Of a stretch of DNA of 33,437 bases, positions 8,654 through 17,315 are shown one piece after another. The position numbers and the translations under genes were made by a program. Numbering within the stretch: the first letter of the stretch is position 1; every line of letters starts with the position of its first letter. Source of the DNA: a virus. Lineage: Duplodnaviria > Caudoviricetes. The notes under the pieces are model-generated. The model was not told the DNA's origin and made no database searches. It saw nothing but the letters and a program-made list of their open reading frames with translations. Where the stretch lies: positions 1-33,437 of the IMG/VR virus record IMGVR_UViG_3300032104_000113, one strand, 5' to 3'.

Positions 8654-10332
8654 ACCATCCAAAAATACCTTCCATTGGAACAACACAGAACGGTCGCTTG
8701 TTGATCGACATCCCCCGCTTGATGGAGACGCGTCTGTTGATCCAGTCCAATTCCGGTGGGGGAAAGTCGTGGGCGCTTCGTAGAATACTGGAGCAATGCG
8801 CCAGCTTTGTTCAGCAAATCATTTTAGATTCTGAGGGGGAGTTTGCAAGCCTCCGAGAGAAATTCGACTACATCATCGCAGCGCCCCACGATGCGGACGC
8901 TCTGGCCAACCCCCGTACCGCCGCTTTGCTTGCACGGCGCCTTCTCGAGACCGGCGTGTCGGCTGTGATCGATATCTACGATATGAAAGCCCACGAGCGT
9001 CAGGCCTTTGTCAGAATTTTTATGGAAACCCTCGTCAATGCTCCTAAAAAGCTGTGGCATCCCGTCATGATTGTACTGGACGAGGCACATGTTTTTTGTT
9101 CCGAGCGTGGAAAATCAGAGAGTTCCGACGCCGTGATCGATATCGCGACGAGGGGAAGGAAGCGCGGCTTTTGCCTGATCGCCGCAACCCAACGCCTGTC
9201 TAAACTTCACAAAGACGTTGCCGCCGAAATGGGCAATAAAATGATCGGACGGACGGGCCTGGATGTCGATATCCGGCGTGCCGCAGATGAGCTTGGCATG
9301 ACCTCACGGCAAGCCTGGGAGTCTCTACGGGATCTTCCTCCAGGTGATTTTTACGTTTACGGCCCCGCACTCTGCGGCCAAGTCACCCTGGTTACGGTTG
9401 GATCTGTTGTTACGAGACATCCCAAGGCCGGACAACGGTTTATGACCGCCCCTTCGCCTCCGTCAGAAAAGATTAAAAAGGTTCTTTCCGAGCTTGGAGA
9501 TTTACCGAAGGAAGCAGAACAAGAAGCCAAAACCTTGTCTGAGATGAGAACCGAAATCACACGGCTTAAAAGAACGCTCAGTCTTTCTCAAAAGAAGGCG
9601 CTCAAGATGGGCGTACCGGAGTTGGAGGCTAAGAGGCGCGAAAAGAAGGCCGTAGAGGATGCAATCATAAATTTAAGGAAGGATGTTAAAGACAATAACT
9701 CCAAGAAATTTGTGACCTCTTTAAATAAAATTGTGTCTATTGCTACAGCCACCCTGAACGGCAGAGGCTCTACCCCTGACCGGCCCTCTTTAGTCGGAAG
9801 GCAATCAAATGACTTTCAGAAGCATGTTGTAGCCCCTGCCGAGAAACTTGCATCGCTAATAGGCTTACGAAGTGGGGCGGTTCGCATTCTTCAGGAGCTC
9901 GCCGCACGTTATCCTGCCGGCTATTCAAAATCTCAGGTCGGCACACTCACAAAGTTTAGTCCGAAGGGAGGCACCTTCAATACCTATTTGGGTGATTTGA
10001 GGCGATCCGGATTTATAGAGTCTCGTCTGGATTTGATCTACGTCACGGAAAGTGGGATTGAGTCCTTGGGAGACAGGGTTCCGAATGCTCCGACCTCCCA
10101 TGAAGAGGTCATGGCATTGTGGCGGAAGTCTCTGAGGGCCGGCGCCTATCGGATGCTTGAAGGGATTGTGAGTGCCGGAGAGAATGGGATATGCCGTGAG
10201 GACATTGCCATTCAGGTAGGCATGGAACGGACAGGCGGCACCTTCAATACCTACTTGGGAGACCTCAGAAGAAATGGATTGATCACGGAAACAACTGGCG
10301 TCTCTGTTGCAAGCGATGTTCTGTTTCCGTGA
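8650..10332 (+). CDS. HerA/FtsK-family (DUF87-like) ATPase with tandem C-terminal winged-helix repeats
   Basis: Walker A SNSGGGKS, DSEGEF, Walker B IVLDEAH, RGRKRG, ATQR; GGTFNTYLGDLRR occurs twice. Confidence 0.85.
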   Translation: MNHPKIPSIGTTQNGRLLIDIPRLMETRLLIQSNSGGGKSWALRRILEQCASFVQQIILDSEGEFASLREKFDYIIAAPHDADALANPRTAALLARRLLETGVSAVIDIYDMKAHERQAFVRIFMETLVNAPKKLWHPVMIVLDEAHVFCSERGKSESSDAVIDIATRGRKRGFCLIAATQRLSKLHKDVAAEMGNKMIGRTGLDVDIRRAADELGMTSRQAWESLRDLPPGDFYVYGPALCGQVTLVTVGSVVTRHPKAGQRFMTAPSPPSEKIKKVLSELGDLPKEAEQEAKTLSEMRTEITRLKRTLSLSQKKALKMGVPELEAKRREKKAVEDAIINLRKDVKDNNSKKFVTSLNKIVSIATATLNGRGSTPDRPSLVGRQSNDFQKHVVAPAEKLASLIGLRSGAVRILQELAARYPAGYSKSQVGTLTKFSPKGGTFNTYLGDLRRSGFIESRLDLIYVTESGIESLGDRVPNAPTSHEEVMALWRKSLRAGAYRMLEGIVSAGENGICREDIAIQVGMERTGGTFNTYLGDLRRNGLITETTGVSVASDVLFP

Positions 10333-10338
10333 TTTTTT

Positions 10339-10529
10339 ATGAGAAAAGGAGGGTCCATCGTGTTGACCTGGAAGTGCCATATCTGTGGGAGGGTTAGAGA
10401 AGACAGCCTGATATCTGTCCTGACGAAGCCATTAATCATGGATGGAGAAACCTTGGTAGACAGAATATATGGTATTGCAATGATTCTGATGCCTGTCGAG
10501 ACGGGGCAAAGAATTTCAGCTTTGTCTGA
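10339..10529 (+). pseudogene. Small Cys-rich protein with apparent 1-bp frameshift near 10452
   Basis: WKCHICGR in the first frame; GRQNIWYCNDSDAC..GAK continues in the -1 frame. Confidence 0.45.
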
Positions 10530-10555
10530 TATCAAACCACGATGAGGAGAAATTT

Positions 10556-10873
10556 ATGCCCAGAAAAAAGAAACTACCCTACAAAGAAATGTACGAAAAC
10601 GAAGTCAAAGACCATGCCATAACGTCAGAGAAAGTAAAAAATGTTATCAGGAATCATGAGGACACTTTAAAAGATTTCAAGGCTTGCAGTCGTGCCTTTG
10701 GTGATATTACGAAAAAGAATAACAAGCTCAAGAAAACATTGGGCGTTCTGAGATGGCAACTGGGGTTGATAAAAAGCATTTCCAGCAAAGAAGAGATTGA
10801 GAAAGGACAAGTAGAAAGTGTTTCGATGGTTTATAGTTTTCCCACCGAGAAGGCGCCGTGCAAGAGAATCTAA
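10556..10873 (+). CDS. Hypothetical coiled-coil protein
   Basis: GAGGAG RBS, ATG, heptad-like pattern. Confidence 0.55.
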   Translation: MPRKKKLPYKEMYENEVKDHAITSEKVKNVIRNHEDTLKDFKACSRAFGDITKKNNKLKKTLGVLRWQLGLIKSISSKEEIEKGQVESVSMVYSFPTEKAPCKRI

Positions 10874-11203
10874 CCCCAATGCGGCACGGTGCCGGACGCT
10901 CCCCCTGTTTTGAAACAAAGCTGGGCGTTTCGGGGTCATGGGATGGTCCCGACATTGGGGGAGGAATAATAGAATCGACCCAAGGCGGCGTTTGTTTGGA
11001 GGGTTGATCCCAAGGATTTTCCGCCTGTAACTTGGGATGCTGAGACCACCAGTTGACGTACGGTAGCCTGTCCATAGGCGAGAGGCGGAGTTTGTGGTTC
11101 ATATGGACATAAATAACCCCACCCGGAGCGGCGATGATGGACTTAATTGTGAATGAAGTAATAGCGAGGTATTTTTACGATCTATGTACAGGAGAATATA
11201 ACG

Positions 11204-11704
11204 GGCACATGTAAATCCTGTGGGTGCTTGCAGAAAGAATTAGCCAGTAAGCAGATGTGTAAGCACGGATCTTCGGCCACAAATTTTTATAGGATATGGA
11301 ATGGTATGGTCCAAAGGTGTCACAACCCAAACAACTCAGGTTATAAAAATTATGGTGGGAGAGGGATCACTGTATGTTCCAGTTGGAGAAAATCAGTTAA
11401 AGCGTTTCATGAAGATATTGGTGATATCCCCGAAGGGTTGCAAATAGATAGAAAGAATAATGATTTGGGCTATTTCAAGGAAAATATTTGTTTTTCTACG
11501 CAAACAAAAAATCCCCAAAACACTCGTAAATCTAAATGGTGGGTAATTAATAATATTAGATATACATCGAAGGCATATGCCGCAAATATTTTAGGGGTAT
11601 CCCACGAAAAGATCAGAGCTATGTGCAATGGGAAAACAGTGAAAGGGACGTTTTACCCTCCCAAGAGTGGTTGTTACTCAGCATTGAAATACCCAATAGT
11701 ATGA
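11204..11704 (+). CDS. HNH-type homing endonuclease-like protein, probably 5'-truncated
   Basis: KSCGCL upstream of the called start; YRIWNGMVQRC, YGGRGITVC, IDRKNNDLGY; visibly AT-rich. Confidence 0.7.
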   Translation, partial: GTCKSCGCLQKELASKQMCKHGSSATNFYRIWNGMVQRCHNPNNSGYKNYGGRGITVCSSWRKSVKAFHEDIGDIPEGLQIDRKNNDLGYFKENICFSTQTKNPQNTRKSKWWVINNIRYTSKAYAANILGVSHEKIRAMCNGKTVKGTFYPPKSGCYSALKYPIV

Positions 11705-11719
11705 GGTTGGAGGAAGTCG

Positions 11720-11872
11720 ATGAGTAAATTGCTTCTGTGGAAGCGACGAGTCATAAGAGCGATAGAGCTTCGTAAGAATTTAATTGCTGATCTTGAGAAA
11801 AGATTGAGCTATGGGAAAGGTGAGCTTGCAGCACTCAAGGAGATTAAAAATGACCACTCGCGCCCCCTATAA
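11720..11872 (+). CDS. Hypothetical 50-aa protein
   Basis: GGAGG RBS, ATG, fills the gap. Confidence 0.4.
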   Translation: MSKLLLWKRRVIRAIELRKNLIADLEKRLSYGKGELAALKEIKNDHSRPL

Positions 11873-11894
11873 GCAACGCCAGAAGGGTATTTAA

Positions 11895-12365
11895 ATTAAA
11901 ACTGACCTCCATTTTTCATCAAAAACAAATGAATGGGAAACTCCTCAAGAGGTGTTTGATTCTTTGAATGGAGAATTTAGCTTCACGCTCGACCCGTGCT
12001 CATCCCATGTCAATTATAAGTGCGAGAGATACTTTGACACTATGGGTAATGGCCTGGTTCAGGATTGGGGAAAAGAAGTTGTTTTTATGAATCCACCTTT
12101 TGGGAGAAAAATACCTTTATGGATCGGTAAGGCTTATTCAACTTCATTAAATGGGGCCACCGTTGTCTGTCTCGTTCCCGCACGAACAGATACAAAATGG
12201 TGGCATGAGATTGTGATAAAAGGGGAAATCAGATTTATAAAAGGTTGGCTGAGATTTGGAGGGAGCCAACATGACGCTCCTTTTGCGTCGGCTATTGTTA
12301 TTTTTAGACCACCCACAAGAAGCAAGGGCGGGGGAGTGAAACCATGGAAACCATCATCGCAATAG
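11895..12365 (+). CDS. Phage DNA N6-adenine methyltransferase (Dam-type); start uncertain
   Basis: HFSSKTNEWETPQ, FTLDPC, VFMNPPF, LVPARTDTKWWH, APFASA. Confidence 0.85.
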   Translation: MKTDLHFSSKTNEWETPQEVFDSLNGEFSFTLDPCSSHVNYKCERYFDTMGNGLVQDWGKEVVFMNPPFGRKIPLWIGKAYSTSLNGATVVCLVPARTDTKWWHEIVIKGEIRFIKGWLRFGGSQHDAPFASAIVIFRPPTRSKGGGVKPWKPSSQ

Positions 12366-12823
12366 ATCCGGGGCCTGAGAAGAGTGCGATTGTTCGTTAC
12401 GATGGAACGATACGATCTAAAAATATTATTTCAAATAAGGACATGCTGTTTCTCCTGAACGGGAACGTGATGGTTCTCGATGGAGAGGTATTTAATGGCG
12501 ACATCCTTGCGGTAGAGATGATGGCTTGCATGGGCATGGCGGTCGGAAGAAGCGTTCTTGAGACCTGTGTTTGGATAGGCCGATTTGTCGAAGCATGGGG
12601 AGGCCCCTGGAAGTACATCTATCGAATGGATGTAAAGATGCACCTCTGCAATAACTCGCAGGCGAAGGACGGCAATATAAGGCAAGCCCTTATGGATCGG
12701 TACGGCTCTACGAGACAGGCGGCCATCGGGACCAAGAAAAACAAAGGGCCTTTATATGGATTTTCAAAGGATATGTGGAGCGCCTTGGCAATCGCTGTCA
12801 CGGCGCATGAGGGGAAGAGTTGA
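12344..12823 (+). CDS. RuvC-like Holliday junction resolvase
   Basis: IIAIDPG, LAVE and DMWSALAIA acidic residues of an RNase H fold. Confidence 0.75.
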   Translation: METIIAIDPGPEKSAIVRYDGTIRSKNIISNKDMLFLLNGNVMVLDGEVFNGDILAVEMMACMGMAVGRSVLETCVWIGRFVEAWGGPWKYIYRMDVKMHLCNNSQAKDGNIRQALMDRYGSTRQAAIGTKKNKGPLYGFSKDMWSALAIAVTAHEGKS

Positions 12824-13050
12824 ACAGCACTATCACAATGATCGCACCAGAAGACGGATCGTTCTCTTATGCCGATGTTGGAAGCATTGTGAAGGTTAAT
12901 AATGCCCCTATATTTGAACGTCTGTTTTGGGTCACGGATTGCCTAGACGCCTTTTCGATCACCATCAGGCATTTCAGTTGGTGGGACTACGCAAAGAGCA
13001 TGTTCTTCCATCCGAGCGAGTACCTCGTGGCTTTCTATTCATGGGCCTAG
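12820..13050 (+). CDS. Hypothetical protein
   Basis: Start overlaps the upstream stop; GAGGGG RBS. Confidence 0.35.
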   Translation: MNSTITMIAPEDGSFSYADVGSIVKVNNAPIFERLFWVTDCLDAFSITIRHFSWWDYAKSMFFHPSEYLVAFYSWA

Positions 13051-13200
13051 AAGATATCTGGAGGGGACTAGAAGATGAAGGAAGACAAGGTCAAGGTTTT
13101 TTCCCGAGACAAAACCAAGATTGTTCTGGAGGGCCACGTCATTCTCTGGCAGAATTTCCACATGGAAGGTGGATCCACAATTATTCATTAAGGAGGCCAA

Positions 13201-13479
13201 ATGCCAAGAAAGAAACCAGAAACATTGTACGAACACTGTCGCCAGGAATTAGTCGATGAGGGGACGGAAGTGTTGAGGGACGGGAAGGCTGCTCCTGCCA
13301 TCGGAGAGGCCATGATCACCCAGAGGGTTGTAGAGTACGCGAGAAGGATCCCCTTTGCAAAGAAACCCCGGGCACGCAAGAAGGTGAAGGCAAAAGAGGG
13401 CGACCTTGTGCAGATTCAGTCAGAAGACGCTCCGCCCCTAGAGATGGTCAAAGAAAAAGGAAAGTTGGTCCACGGCTGA
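13201..13479 (+). CDS. Hypothetical protein
   Basis: AAGGAGG RBS with ATG. Confidence 0.6.
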   Translation: MPRKKPETLYEHCRQELVDEGTEVLRDGKAAPAIGEAMITQRVVEYARRIPFAKKPRARKKVKAKEGDLVQIQSEDAPPLEMVKEKGKLVHG

Positions 13480-13509
13480 GGCATTGCCCAGACCAGAGGA
13501 GTAAGGGAA

Positions 13510-13758
13510 TTGACAAAATAAAAACTGAAAGCCCTTGACAAAATATATGCGGTTGAGATCGCAGGCCTTCTCCCCTATCAAAGCAAGGCCGCTGTGTTTA
13601 ATGCTCTTGAGGAGGGAAGTTATGTTTGTCAGGCCATCATAATCATACCAGGGCGCTTTCCGGCGACGGTATCCGGATGGTTCCTGACCCACCGTGGAAG
13701 GATAACCTATTGTGAATCATGTCCAGATGTGGAACCGGATATGGGGATGATGGTGTGA
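13510..13758 (+). pseudogene. Small winged-helix-like protein with TAA at codon 4
   Basis: MTK*KLKALDKIYAVEIAGLLPYQSKA...GWFLTHRGRITYCESC; frame otherwise open. Confidence 0.5.
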
Positions 13759-13829
13759 CCGATATCAGCGATGACGACTTGAATAAGTTTATGGCCATCG
13801 AAGTGATGGGATGGGAACTACATCGCTAA
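13755..13829 (+). pseudogene. Truncated fragment resembling the N-terminus of phage ABA-sandwich proteins
   Basis: DLNKFMAIEVMGW followed by an early stop. Confidence 0.35.
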
Positions 13830-14027
13830 TGATCTCGTTGTTCATAACTCGACCCTGCTTGCCCAAATAGTTGTCGATGCGGCAGAAGTGGGGGCCTCTC
13901 AAATTATATTCAGCCTCGAAGACAGTCGACACGAGAAGATGGGAGAAGGTGAGGGAATGGGGAGGGGTGAAGGCGAAATGATTAATGAAAAATACAGGAC
14001 GGAATAATTGAACAGCGAGAACTCATA

Positions 14028-14624
14028 GTGCCTTTATTTAATTTTCATAAAAATATCGCTGCCCTGGTGATGTCTGGGGAAGTCACGGAGACAATCCGAA
14101 CCCCGAGGCTTGTTCCACTGAGTATTGGGGACAGGGTCCACCTATTTACGGGAATCAAGACCAAAAACTGTAGACGGCTTGGCTTGGGCATCCTCACGAA
14201 AACGAATAAGATCAAGCTCGCCCCGACCTATATCTTGATCGACGGCGAGTACGCGGACCCGCACCTTGCTTTTAATGTCGCGAAGAATGTGGGGTTCTCC
14301 ACCTGGAATGATTTTGTCACTTTCTGTCGAAAACATTACGGTCTCCCTTTTGATGGAACCTACTATCAATGGCGTCTTGAAAAATCAGAGGAGATGGTTT
14401 CGGTCTTCCAGAGGGATGAGCGTCCGCAAGACGATTGTTTGAAAGACATGGGCTTTTCGTATGAATATGAAACAAGTACGAAGCTGCACGCACAGGGGAT
14501 CTCATCCTGCTTTATCGAGGATTCCGGTCTCGAACATTGGGAGATTACATTCAAGGCCAGACCCACGTGGGTCCAGAAAAAAGAATTGATGCGCCTGATC
14601 GAACACATCACGAAACCCTCCTAA
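14028..14624 (+). CDS. ASCH/PUA-like domain protein
   Basis: FNF....LVMSGEVTETIR..GDRVHLFTG and AKNVGF pattern. Confidence 0.65.
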   Translation: MPLFNFHKNIAALVMSGEVTETIRTPRLVPLSIGDRVHLFTGIKTKNCRRLGLGILTKTNKIKLAPTYILIDGEYADPHLAFNVAKNVGFSTWNDFVTFCRKHYGLPFDGTYYQWRLEKSEEMVSVFQRDERPQDDCLKDMGFSYEYETSTKLHAQGISSCFIEDSGLEHWEITFKARPTWVQKKELMRLIEHITKPS

Positions 14625-14714
14625 AAAGGGCTTGCACCGAAGAAATAGATCCATCAAGCTAACCAAAATTAAGGAGCGCGGAGATTCCGCATCCGCTTTA
14701 ACGAATTTTCATGG

Positions 14715-17093
14715 ATGTGCAGGGAACCCGACATGGACAACGAAGAAAACATTGAAGACGAAGAATTAATCTATCCCGGATTTCTAAAGCTGGTGGACTA
14801 TACCGACAAGTACGGTCTGAAGATGGACACGGTTCGGCATTGGGCTAAGTGCGGTCACATCAACGCTGAAAAAAAACCCTGGCGTCACCACACCATGGGC
14901 TTGATGGCGTGCTGGTTTATCGAAGACAAGCCCCCGGAGGAGCACGAGCATTACAAGGCCTTTAAGACCAAATATCGAAACACCCCTTACACCCATAACT
15001 CGACCGGAAGCAGGAAGCTCATCCTGAAACGTCTTCTTCAGGTATTTTTGGAAGGATCGAATCCCAAGATCAGCAAGTACAGCCGGCCGGACATCTGCAG
15101 TATTTTGGATGTGACCTCCTATCAAGTGAAGACCTGGGAGCTGTGGGGACTTCCGAAGACAAAGTTTACGGGCAATAAAAAAATATGGCACAGAGACTGG
15201 TATTTTTCCAGACAGGACCTCATTGATTTCTTAAGCGGGAACTGGGACGAGATACGGAAAAGGATTCGTGAAGGGCACGACACGACGCCTACACACCTCA
15301 TCTCCCCCCAGTCCTCTGATCAACAGCACAGCGCGACATACGATCAAGCCGAGGACACTGGGGAGGGATTCTATGCCTATCAGGAGGACAAGGTCTTCGC
15401 GATCGGGTATGAGGGCTTTATGGCCTGGGTCCGGGAGATGAAGGTCTTGCGTGAGGATAAGCGTCTCCGGAAGTTTGTCCCCATAGAATTTATTGATATC
15501 CAGAAGGAGTTTTTCTTCAACGCCCTGGCCTTAAAAGAAAACGGTGATTTTAAGCACCAGGATGTCGGGGCCTGCCGTCCTCGTGGAGATTTTAAATCTT
15601 TCGATATCCGACTCATCTTTCTATTCCGGTTTTTTAATATGTTTCGAGAGTCCATCCTGATCGCTGCCAACTCCAAGGACCAATCCACGTTTGTCCAATA
15701 CGACGAGGCGGTGAAGGTGATTCAGCACACGGAACGCCTCAACAACACGCCCGGGCTTGAAATCAAAAAAAAGAGCATCGAGCTCATGGAGGGACCTGGA
15801 AAGACCTTTTCTAAAATCATTCCGATTGCCTCGAAGACGGGCCTGCTCCCTGGCGCGACCTGTACGGTCTTTACGGAGATATGCGATCTCGACGATGAAT
15901 CTTTCTATTCACAGCTCACGGGATCCTTGCGGGGCGTCCCCAACGCCATGAACCTGATCGACTCCACGGTGGCGCCTCCAGGGCACGTCTTTGACCGTCT
16001 TCTGAAGGCGTATGAGGCTGGAAAGGCGCCCCTGGTCTACATCCAATATTATTCCGACAAGCACTACAACCCAGAGATCAGCAAAGCGTACTTGAAGCAT
16101 CAGGAGAACACGCTACTTGGGTCTGAATTCAATAAATATTTCAGGAACCGGAAGGAAGACGCTGCAGGAGGTGTGTTTCCACGGTATTCCGTCCTTGAGA
16201 TGGGGTATTCTGGGATCGACACGAGGCGGATCGGGCCCTCGCAAGGCCTGAGACAGGCCGTTCAAGATATTGTGACCCTTGAGTCCAAAGCCAAACAGGA
16301 ATCGATCTCCAAAGACGAGAGGGTGGCCTGTGAACTCCAGGTACGATCGATAAAATCCTCCCTGTCCAACATCGGAGATTGCTACCGTGTTCCCATCAGC
16401 CTGGACGGCATCGCAAAACTATCTAAATACTTCGGCTACGATTTCATTTTTGGTATCGGGATTGACCGGGCTAATACGATGTCGGTCTCGAATGACAGAA
16501 CGGCGATGGTCTTGAGCGCGAGGGTGATTTTGACGGAAGAGATCAGTCTTTATTTTCTACTCGATCTCTATGTGTCTAAGCGAGAAGCGACGCTGTCTAT
16601 CCTCACAGAAAAAATAACGGAATGGACCGCGCTTGTGGGATGGATCGACAATGTGATGATCGAGGCCTTCCAAGGACAGGATCTTTATTCCTGGTGCGAA
16701 GACAAGGGCTACTGCGCCCAACTGGTCCACCCCAACTATAATGTCCAGCACGAGATGTTCTCTGTGTTTTGCAGGCTGATGAAGATGGGACAGTACAAGG
16801 CCCCTCTAATCCCTTATTACACGGACAGGGACGGGAATCTGTACCCTGGATTCGATCCCGACCGACCCGACATTTTAAGAGAAGAGATGGGCGCGTTTCT
16901 CCACAACGAACACAAAAGGACCTTTGGGACCCCGGAGAAGCGGAAGAAGGGCGGTGTGAAGGACGACACGGTGTATGCCGCCGCCTTGTCGATCATGGCT
17001 ACACAGGCGGAGGGCTCGGGTCTGGGCGGGCTCGGCATGACCGGATTCCCGGACGCCATCATCAACGAAGACACAATTGGGAGCTATTCATAA
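14715..17093 (+). CDS. terL: Terminase large subunit with long N-terminal extension
   Basis: PRGDFKS (Walker A-like), AANSKDQS, VFTEI (Walker B-like), DST, nuclease GIGIDRA and KDDTVYA; lies upstream of portal. Confidence 0.85.
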   Translation: MCREPDMDNEENIEDEELIYPGFLKLVDYTDKYGLKMDTVRHWAKCGHINAEKKPWRHHTMGLMACWFIEDKPPEEHEHYKAFKTKYRNTPYTHNSTGSRKLILKRLLQVFLEGSNPKISKYSRPDICSILDVTSYQVKTWELWGLPKTKFTGNKKIWHRDWYFSRQDLIDFLSGNWDEIRKRIREGHDTTPTHLISPQSSDQQHSATYDQAEDTGEGFYAYQEDKVFAIGYEGFMAWVREMKVLREDKRLRKFVPIEFIDIQKEFFFNALALKENGDFKHQDVGACRPRGDFKSFDIRLIFLFRFFNMFRESILIAANSKDQSTFVQYDEAVKVIQHTERLNNTPGLEIKKKSIELMEGPGKTFSKIIPIASKTGLLPGATCTVFTEICDLDDESFYSQLTGSLRGVPNAMNLIDSTVAPPGHVFDRLLKAYEAGKAPLVYIQYYSDKHYNPEISKAYLKHQENTLLGSEFNKYFRNRKEDAAGGVFPRYSVLEMGYSGIDTRRIGPSQGLRQAVQDIVTLESKAKQESISKDERVACELQVRSIKSSLSNIGDCYRVPISLDGIAKLSKYFGYDFIFGIGIDRANTMSVSNDRTAMVLSARVILTEEISLYFLLDLYVSKREATLSILTEKITEWTALVGWIDNVMIEAFQGQDLYSWCEDKGYCAQLVHPNYNVQHEMFSVFCRLMKMGQYKAPLIPYYTDRDGNLYPGFDPDRPDILREEMGAFLHNEHKRTFGTPEKRKKGGVKDDTVYAAALSIMATQAEGSGLGGLGMTGFPDAIINEDTIGSYS

Positions 17094-17094
17094 C

Positions 17095-17280
17095 ATGGAA
17101 GATTCCGAGGCCTTGATTGGTATGAAGACCATCGCCGATTATCTTGGCGTTCACGTGGACACGGCCCGAAAGTATGAAAAGAAGGGGATGCCGATCAACC
17201 GGTCTTCCGGGACACCCATGATGACGAAACGTGCGATCGACCTTTGGGTGGCGGGGGGAAATAGAGGAAGACAGGATTAA
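17095..17280 (+). CDS. Small HTH DNA-binding protein
   Basis: GMKTIADYLGVHVDTARKYEKKGMP. Confidence 0.75.
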   Translation: MEDSEALIGMKTIADYLGVHVDTARKYEKKGMPINRSSGTPMMTKRAIDLWVAGGNRGRQD

Positions 17281-17315
17281 GAAAACTAACCCGATCGAAT
17301 CTCCGGAATATTGAT

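Noticed and set aside
9967-10272. Direct repeat GGCACCTTCAATACCTA as a DGR template/variable pair or recombination site
   Set aside because: Both copies are in frame within one gene and differ mostly at synonymous positions, consistent with domain duplication; no reverse transcriptase is present
7692-12365. Restriction-modification system
   Set aside because: No cognate restriction endonuclease lies next to either methyltransferase; orphan phage methylases are the simpler reading
13510-13546. Repeated TTGACAAAATA as tandem promoters or operators
   Set aside because: No well-spaced -10 box, and both copies lie within a probable (pseudo)gene frame
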